From: Desulfobacteraceae bacterium
GTDB lineage: Bacteria > Desulfobacterota > Desulfobacteria > Desulfobacterales > JAABRJ01
Assembly (NCBI GenBank): GCA_022340425.1
Contig: JAJDNY010000161.1
Location: 14,451-78,450 of the forward strand
DNA length: 64,000 nt
Reading direction: 5' to 3'
The notes beneath the pieces were generated by a model. The model was not told the origin of the DNA and did no database searches. It saw nothing but the letters and a program-made list of their open reading frames with translations. Each line of letters starts with the position of its first letter. Position 1 is the first letter of the stretch. The position numbers and the translations under genes are program-made. Positions 58,190 through 64,000 of the stretch are shown piece by piece.

Positions 58190-59431
58190 TCAACTCCCTT
58201 CGATCATCTTAAAGTGATAGCATTCTCCAAGATATCCCATATACTTCAGCCGGCCCCTGGAGATCAGGGTTTGGTGGTCGGATTTGATCACGATCTCGCC
58301 GTCGGCGTCCTTGAGGTCGGCAGGGATTTTATACGGCGCCAGGGCCTCGGGGTGGGCGCGGCCGGCGCTCAAAAAGGCATCCACCACCCGGGGGTCGTAG
58401 AGCAGTCCGGCGTTGCTCTTGAGCTGGATCTGAGCCTCGGCCGGGTCCATGCGGCCCATGCGGGGACGCTCCGAGATCATGGCGTCGAAGGCGTCGCAGA
58501 CCGCCACGATCCGGGCCCCCAGCGGGATTTCGTCGCCGCTGAGGCCCCGGGGGTAGCCGGAGCCGTCGAAGCGCTCGTGGTGGTGGAGAACCGCGGGCAA
58601 GATGTCCGCCAGGAAGGGAAACTGCCGCAGTATCTTCTCCCCGATCAGGGGATGGTATTTGACGATGTCGAATTCCTCGGCCGACAGCTGCCCCAGATTG
58701 TGAAGCAGCTGGCGACTCAAGCGGATCTTGCCGATATCGTGCAGCAGCCCGGCCTGGTAGAGGCGCTCGGCCTCCTTGAGATTCATGCCCAAGGCCTCGG
58801 CCGTCAGGCGGCTGTACTCGGCGACCTTGAGCGAATGGCCGTAGGTGATGGGGTCCTTGTCCCGCAGGCTGAGGGTCAGGCCCTGGACCACCGTCCGGTT
58901 TTCGCTGGCGGTTTGGCGGGCACTGGCCAGGGCGCGCTTCAAGGCCTCGGCACAGCGCTCCCCCAGGGCGCTGACCAGTTCGATGCCCTCCTTGCCCAGA
59001 TCTTGCTCCTCGTCCAGGAAAATCGAGACCACCACCGTCAGCTCGGGGGTGATGGTCAGGGGGATTTCAAAAACCGTCACCCCCGTCCCCAGGAAGTCCT
59101 TGATCGCGATGCGCCGCCAGTCTTTGTGCGCCCGGGGTTTGTTTTCAAACAGGATCCCCCTGAAAAAGAACGGATCCTCGATCTGGCCGCTGGCGGCCAT
59201 CATCTGGATCTCGAAGCTGCGCGTGTCCACCAGGTAGCCGCTGACCCCCCGGGCTCTGATGATGCTGGCGATGCCGTTGACCAGAATTTCCAGGATTTCG
59301 GCCGGCTGGCCGTGGGTGCCCAGCGATTGGGTGACCCCTTTGAACAGTTTATTCTTCCTGGAAAAACGCATGAAATCGGTTGGTGGCCGCCGACGGCGGT
59401 GTGCCCGACCCCCGGCGGTCGGTCGGATCAC
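58190..59431 (-). CDS. HD-GYP domain c-di-GMP phosphodiesterase-like protein with N-terminal GAF-like region
   Basis: 'LLHDIGKI' and 'HHERFDGSGYPRGL' HD-GYP motifs. Start is GTG 59431 or ATG 59371 (uncertain). The stop lies 2 nt before the acetoacetyl-CoA synthetase ATG. Confidence 0.85.
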   Translation of the reverse strand: MIRPTAGGRAHRRRRPPTDFMRFSRKNKLFKGVTQSLGTHGQPAEILEILVNGIASIIRARGVSGYLVDTRSFEIQMMAASGQIEDPFFFRGILFENKPRAHKDWRRIAIKDFLGTGVTVFEIPLTITPELTVVVSIFLDEEQDLGKEGIELVSALGERCAEALKRALASARQTASENRTVVQGLTLSLRDKDPITYGHSLKVAEYSRLTAEALGMNLKEAERLYQAGLLHDIGKIRLSRQLLHNLGQLSAEEFDIVKYHPLIGEKILRQFPFLADILPAVLHHHERFDGSGYPRGLSGDEIPLGARIVAVCDAFDAMISERPRMGRMDPAEAQIQLKSNAGLLYDPRVVDAFLSAGRAHPEALAPYKIPADLKDADGEIVIKSDHQTLISRGRLKYMGYLGECYHFKMIEGS

Positions 59432-59445
59432 ACCGCAGCCTGCGG

Positions 59446-60078
59446 CTACCCCTCGTAAATTACGGCCAGAATGGTCGCGCTGCTGCTCTTGGCGGCGATC
59501 AGGTGCGGGGTGGTCGACAGGTAGTAGGCGCTGTCGCCGGGCTCTAGTTCGAAGCGGTCCTCGCCCACCTCGAGAATCACCCCACCCTTGAGCACGTAGA
59601 CGAACTCTTCACCGTTGTGGACCGACATTTCGCGGTCGGGATTTTCCTCCAGCTGGACGATCAGGGGTTCCATGTGGCGCCCCTGGACCTCGGGTGCGAG
59701 GCTCTTGTAGGTGTAGAGCTGCTGCTGGCCTTTGCGGGTGGTGGAGCGTGCGACGGTTTTCTGCTCGCCCCTGCGGGTAACGGCGTAGAGCAGGTTGCCG
59801 GTGCCGGAGACCAGCCGTCCGAAAGCGCTGTCCAGCGCCTTGGACAGGCGCATCACCGTTCCCAGTTGGGGCTTGATCTCGTCGGCTTCAATCTGGGACA
59901 GAAACGCGACGTCGAAACCGGTCAGGTTGGAAAGCTCCTCCAGGGACAGGCCTTTTTCCTTTCGCAGGGCCTTGATGCGCGGTCCGATCTCCTGGACGCC
60001 GCGCGGGGCGGCCTGATCGATGTCGCCGGTCAGGTCCTCAAAGTAGTCCACGTTGATGTGGGGCTTCTGGGTTTCCAT
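59446..60078 (-). CDS. XRE-family transcriptional regulator with C-terminal cupin domain
   Basis: ORF trimmed to ATG 60078 (GAGGAG RBS). HTH 'LSLEELSNLTGFDVAFLSQIE'. Cupin 'HNGEEFVYVLKGGVILEVGEDRFELEPGDSAYY'. Confidence 0.85.
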   Translation of the reverse strand: METQKPHINVDYFEDLTGDIDQAAPRGVQEIGPRIKALRKEKGLSLEELSNLTGFDVAFLSQIEADEIKPQLGTVMRLSKALDSAFGRLVSGTGNLLYAVTRRGEQKTVARSTTRKGQQQLYTYKSLAPEVQGRHMEPLIVQLEENPDREMSVHNGEEFVYVLKGGVILEVGEDRFELEPGDSAYYLSTTPHLIAAKSSSATILAVIYEG

Positions 60079-60198
60079 TTTTTTCTCCTCAGGGTTTGAA
60101 ATGCGCCGAAAAAGCGGATCCGGGCGGCTGTTTCCCATGAAAAAAGCTTCCGCGCCGCGTGCCCGGCGGCCCGGATCCGCGAGGGGGGCTTGTACCAG

Positions 60199-61368
60199 TC
60201 AGCGGGGCCGGTGCGCCTCGGGCAGCACCGCCGCGGCGGCCCAGTTGGCCGGCAGCTTCTGGCCCGGGGTCTCACCCAGCTTCTCTTTCCGTTTTTGGAG
60301 GCCCGGGCGGGCGAACTCCATGTGGCCTTCCTTCAGGGTCCGGCCGTTGATCATCGCCTCGCTGCGCAGGCGCTTGCCGGCGGTGCGCTCCAACTGGCGC
60401 CCCAGCCAGAGGATGCGGTCGACGTCGTAGCCGTGCTCGATGCCCATTTCGTCGATCTGCACCAGGGTGTCCTCCAGGCACACCAAGCCGACGTAGCGGG
60501 GGTCTTTGTAATAGTATTCACCGGTCCCCGGCACCGGGCAGTCGTCCAGGAAGTTGGCCGGTTGTCCGCCCAGGCCCCCCAAAGTGGCCTCGAATTGGGT
60601 GATGCCGGCCTGCAGCGCGGCCAGCACCGAAGCGGAGGCGACCCGCTTGGTCTCGTGGAAGTGGGCGAGGTGCAGATCGGGGTTGGGGATTTCGTCCAGG
60701 ATCATGGAGAAGTAGCGGTAGACCTGGGCGGCGGAGGCGCTGCCGTCGTGGTCGGCGTGCTCCACGTCGTGGGCGCCGATCTCCAGCCAGCGCTTGGTGA
60801 ATTCCACCGCATCGCGCATGTCGGTGGCCCCGCCGATGGGGCTGCCCCAGATGGTGGAGACCGTGCCGCACATTATCATGCCGGCGTCGTTGCACTTCTT
60901 GATGCAGCGCTCGCACTCGGCCCAGTAATCCGGCAGGGTGGTGCCCGAGTTGGCGAAGTGGTGCTCCTCCTCGGTGGAGACCATCATCAGCAGCCGGTCG
61001 GGGCCGATGCCCTTCTCGCGCAGGGCGATGGCCCGGTCTACTGCGCTTTCGCGGATGGTGATAGTGGTAAAGACCAGCTCGTCGTAGTTGACCCCCCGCT
61101 TGGCGCAGCGTTTTTTGAAGCGGTCGCTGCGCAGATGGGTGAGCAGTTCCTCGGCGTCGGCGAACTGGGGCATCAGGTGGGGGTTACCGAGGTTGGTGAC
61201 CTCGATGTTGCGGCAGCCGGCGAAAATCAGCTCCTCCAGGTAAAAGATCTTGGCGCGAGTGGAGACGAACTTTTCGAGATGCTGGAACCCATCCCGGACC
61301 GTAATGTCGCCAATGGTGACCTTGCGTGGCATGCGGGGGAAAATTTTCCAATAATCATACTCGGTCAT
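60199..61368 (-). CDS. HMGL-like pyruvate carboxyltransferase family protein (hydroxymethylglutaryl-CoA lyase-like)
   Basis: 'VTIGDITVRDGFQ' and 'LAHFHETKRVASASVLAALQAG' are TIM-barrel HMGL motifs. Start is ATG 61368 (AGGAG RBS) or ATG 61392. Confidence 0.8.
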   Translation of the reverse strand: MTEYDYWKIFPRMPRKVTIGDITVRDGFQHLEKFVSTRAKIFYLEELIFAGCRNIEVTNLGNPHLMPQFADAEELLTHLRSDRFKKRCAKRGVNYDELVFTTITIRESAVDRAIALREKGIGPDRLLMMVSTEEEHHFANSGTTLPDYWAECERCIKKCNDAGMIMCGTVSTIWGSPIGGATDMRDAVEFTKRWLEIGAHDVEHADHDGSASAAQVYRYFSMILDEIPNPDLHLAHFHETKRVASASVLAALQAGITQFEATLGGLGGQPANFLDDCPVPGTGEYYYKDPRYVGLVCLEDTLVQIDEMGIEHGYDVDRILWLGRQLERTAGKRLRSEAMINGRTLKEGHMEFARPGLQKRKEKLGETPGQKLPANWAAAAVLPEAHRPR

Positions 61369-61508
61369 CGTTGTTTTGCTCCTTTCCTTCATTTATCGTC
61401 CGGGGAATACCCCGTGGCGGGGGCGACGTCCGCCCACAGCGGACGAGGTCGCCTCTGATACCGGGCCGCGGCCGCGGCCAAAAACCGGCCGGGACCGCCG
61501 CAGCCGGG

Positions 61509-63101
61509 TTAAAACCTCAGGTTGCCGAAAGCCGGATCGCCGATGGGTTTCAGCAGGCTGACCTCGAAGGCCATGGCCAGCCAGTCGCGGATTTCACTGA
61601 ACTTCAGGACCCCGTCGTTCAGCAGGCGGGCGCCGCAGTAGAAGGGATGGGCCTCGCCGTCGTACTTGTCGATCATCTGCTGGCGGAAGGCGTCCTTTTC
61701 CGCCTCGCTCATGGGCTTTCCCTGGGCCTCGCGCTTGCGCTCCTCGATGGAGAGCAGCACTCCGGCAGCGCTGCGGCCGCTCATCACCGAGGTGCGCGCG
61801 CGCATGGTGGAAAACAGGAAGTGGGGCCGATAGGCACGGCCGCACATGCCGTAGTTGGCCGCGCCGTTGTCGGGACCGATCACCAGCTGGATGCGCGGCA
61901 CCTGGGCGCAGGAAACCGATCGGACCATGTCGGCGCCGTACTTGCCGATGCCCATGTGCTCGGAATCCGAGCCCACCATGTAGCCCGGCGAGTTCTGGAC
62001 GAAGAGCAGCGGGGTCTTCTCCTGGCTGCAGCGGATGATCCACTCGGTGGCCTTGCGGGCGGCCTCGAAGAAGATGATGCCCACGCCGTTTGAGGCGATC
62101 ACACCCACCGGCAGCCCCTTGATCCGGATCTTGCCGGCGAGGATGTTGTCGCCGCGGCCCGGGGCGTAGTTGCGCTTGTACTCGTTGAAGACGCTGTCGT
62201 CGGCGATCGCCGCCAGGAAGGCCCGGCCGTCGATCCCCTGGTGGATGGCGGCCGGCAGCAGGTCGTAGACGCTGTCGGGGGCCACCTGGGGCGGGGATTC
62301 CTCGTAGCGGTGGTGATGGACGGTCTGGGGCCGCTCCAGCGAGAGGATCTCACGAACGGCGGCGATGGCCTCCGCCTGGTTGGCGCAGAAATGGTCCGCC
62401 CCGCCCGAAATCTGGGTGTGGACCCGGGCGCCGCCCAGGTCTTCGGCCGAGATCACCTCGCCGGTGGCCATCTTGACCAGAGGCGGGCCACCCAGAAACG
62501 AGTAGGCCAGTTTGTCGATCATCACCGACTGGCAGGCCATGAAAACGATGTAGGCCCCGCCGGCGGTGTTGCCGCCGGTGCTGAGCGTGACCTGCTTCAA
62601 ACCCATGGCCGACATGCGCGCCATGTTGTAGAACATCGAGCCGAAATGCTGATCGTCGGGGAAGACATCCGCCTGCATGGGCAGAAAGGCCCCGCCCGAG
62701 TCGGCGATGTAGACGCAGTTGAGGCCGCAGCGCTCGGCGATGGCCTGGGCGCGCATGTGCTTTTTAAGGGTGATCGGGAAATAGGTGCCGGCCTTGACGC
62801 GCGGGTCGTTGCCGATGATCATGGTCCAGTTGTTGTAGATTTTGCCGATGCCCGTGACCACGCCGCCGCAGGGAATATCGTCGATGCCGCCGGGATAGCC
62901 CACCCCGAAGCCGGCGATGCGGCTGAGTTCGAAAAACTGGGTGCCGGGGTCGATCAGGTCCTGAATCAACTCCCGAACGGGGCGCTTGCCCTGTTTGGCC
63001 AGGCGCTGAACCGCCTTCTCGCCCCCCGGCCACACGGCCTGGTAAACCCGTTCGTCCAGTTTGCGCTCTTCATTTTCCCAGAATTCTCGGTTCTCTGTCA
63101 T
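61509..63101 (-). CDS. Acyl-CoA carboxylase carboxyltransferase (beta) subunit, methylcrotonyl-CoA carboxylase / glutaconyl-CoA decarboxylase-like
   Basis: 530 aa. 'VVTGIGKIYN', 'GGAFLPMQ' and 'GGNTAGGAYIV' carboxyl-transferase motifs. AGAGGA RBS. Confidence 0.9.
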   Translation of the reverse strand: MTENREFWENEERKLDERVYQAVWPGGEKAVQRLAKQGKRPVRELIQDLIDPGTQFFELSRIAGFGVGYPGGIDDIPCGGVVTGIGKIYNNWTMIIGNDPRVKAGTYFPITLKKHMRAQAIAERCGLNCVYIADSGGAFLPMQADVFPDDQHFGSMFYNMARMSAMGLKQVTLSTGGNTAGGAYIVFMACQSVMIDKLAYSFLGGPPLVKMATGEVISAEDLGGARVHTQISGGADHFCANQAEAIAAVREILSLERPQTVHHHRYEESPPQVAPDSVYDLLPAAIHQGIDGRAFLAAIADDSVFNEYKRNYAPGRGDNILAGKIRIKGLPVGVIASNGVGIIFFEAARKATEWIIRCSQEKTPLLFVQNSPGYMVGSDSEHMGIGKYGADMVRSVSCAQVPRIQLVIGPDNGAANYGMCGRAYRPHFLFSTMRARTSVMSGRSAAGVLLSIEERKREAQGKPMSEAEKDAFRQQMIDKYDGEAHPFYCGARLLNDGVLKFSEIRDWLAMAFEVSLLKPIGDPAFGNLRF

Positions 63102-63224
63102 TTCCCATCCTCTTTCAGGGTGTTTGCAAAAGGCGGCGTACGCAGCGTGTGCCAGGCCGGAAAGAGCCTGCTGCGGCCGGGTGTCCGTCTGCGGCGGCGG
63201 ACCCGGCCCGGCCGATGGCGGGCA

Positions 63225-64000
63225 TCACTCCCCGCGGTAGACCGGCTTGCGCTTCTCGCGGAAGGCCGCCAGGCCCTCCAGCCGGTCCTTGGTGGGAATG
63301 GTGACCCAGTAGGCGTTGGACTCAATGGCCAGACCGGAGTGAAGGTCGGTCTCGATGCCGTAGTTGATGGCGTATTTGGCCTGCTCGATGGCGACCGGGC
63401 CGGTTTCGCAGATCATCGCGGCCATCTCGCGGCAAGCGCTGATCAAGGCCTCCGGCGGGCAGACCTGGTTGACCAGGCCGATGCTCAGTGCCTCCTGAGC
63501 GTCCACCCGGCGGCCGGTAAAGATCAGCTCCTTGGCCTTGCCCCGGCCCACCAGGCGCGGCAGGCGCTGGGTGCCGCCGGCGCCGGGAATGATCGCCAGG
63601 CGGGTTTCGGTGAGACCCATGGTGGCGCTCTCGGCCGCGATGCGGATGTCGCAGGCCAGGGCCAGCTCGGTGCCGCCGCCCAGGGCGATGCCGTTGACGG
63701 CTGCGATAACCGGCTTGCTCAATTGTTCGATGGCGGTGAACAGGTTGCGGATGGTGAAAATGAACTCCTTCACCTGGACGGGAGTCAGGGTCGCCCGTTC
63801 CTTGAGATCGGCCCCGGCGCAGAAGGCCCGCTCGCCGGCCCCGGTGATGATGATCACCCGCACGGCCGGGTTGAAGCGCAGCGACTCGATGGCGTCCCGC
63901 AGGGCGCGCAGCATCTCGAAGTTAAAGGAATTCATGACGTTTGGCCGGTTCAGGGTCAGCAGGGCGACGCCCTCGGACTCTTCGACCAGCAACAGCGGTT
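63225..64000 (-). CDS. Enoyl-CoA hydratase (methylglutaconyl-CoA hydratase-like); 5' end probably runs off the window
   Basis: 'ALLTLNRPNVMN', 'GAGERAFCAGADLKER' and 'AVNGIALGGGTELALACD'. The track start at 63992 is a TTG and the frame stays open to position 64000. Confidence 0.9.
   Translation of the reverse strand, partial: PLLLVEESEGVALLTLNRPNVMNSFNFEMLRALRDAIESLRFNPAVRVIIITGAGERAFCAGADLKERATLTPVQVKEFIFTIRNLFTAIEQLSKPVIAAVNGIALGGGTELALACDIRIAAESATMGLTETRLAIIPGAGGTQRLPRLVGRGKAKELIFTGRRVDAQEALSIGLVNQVCPPEALISACREMAAMICETGPVAIEQAKYAINYGIETDLHSGLAIESNAYWVTIPTKDRLEGLAAFREKRKPVYRGE

Overview
High-GC chromosomal segment, roughly mid-60s % GC by eye (not computed). It is densely packed with about 56 CDS, and the gene content looks like an anaerobic Desulfobacterota-type (deltaproteobacterial) genome; that assignment is inference only. 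I found no rRNA, tRNA, CRISPR array, transposase, integrase or phage genes, so this is mostly core genome. Landmarks: (i) a PilZ / O-methyltransferase / ahcY operon; (ii) a Pat-type protein acetyltransferase; (iii) a sigma-54-type promoter in front of a small protein / LonC-like protease / ACP-like unit; (iv) a Trk K+ uptake module (two trkA-like genes plus trkH) flanked by USP and CBS genes; (v) a cobalamin riboswitch and terminator in front of a ThiC-family gene; (vi) a PHP-pstSCAB operon; (vii) a complete complex I operon (nuoA, fused nuoBCD, nuoE-N) at 29670-44145; (viii) a protein with a divergent DisA_N (diadenylate-cyclase-like) domain next to a YitT-family membrane protein; (ix) a five-gene cluster of poorly characterised domains, including DUF169::CoaE and DUF2889::PHP fusions; (x) a Liu-like acyl-CoA catabolic cluster (crotonase, carboxyltransferase, HMG-CoA-lyase-like, acetoacetyl-CoA synthetase) with an embedded XRE-cupin regulator and an HD-GYP protein. 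Nothing here is an unambiguous new system. The candidates most worth follow-up are the B12-riboswitch-controlled ThiC paralogue (probable BzaF), the DUF169/DUF2889/PHP/CoaE cluster, the atypical DAC-like protein and the sigma-54 LonC-like/ACP unit. Many long ORFs in the supplied track are antisense artefacts of GC-rich codon usage. Many starts were trimmed to internal ATG/GTG codons with recognisable Shine-Dalgarno sequences. All family assignments are from motif recognition by eye, not database searches.
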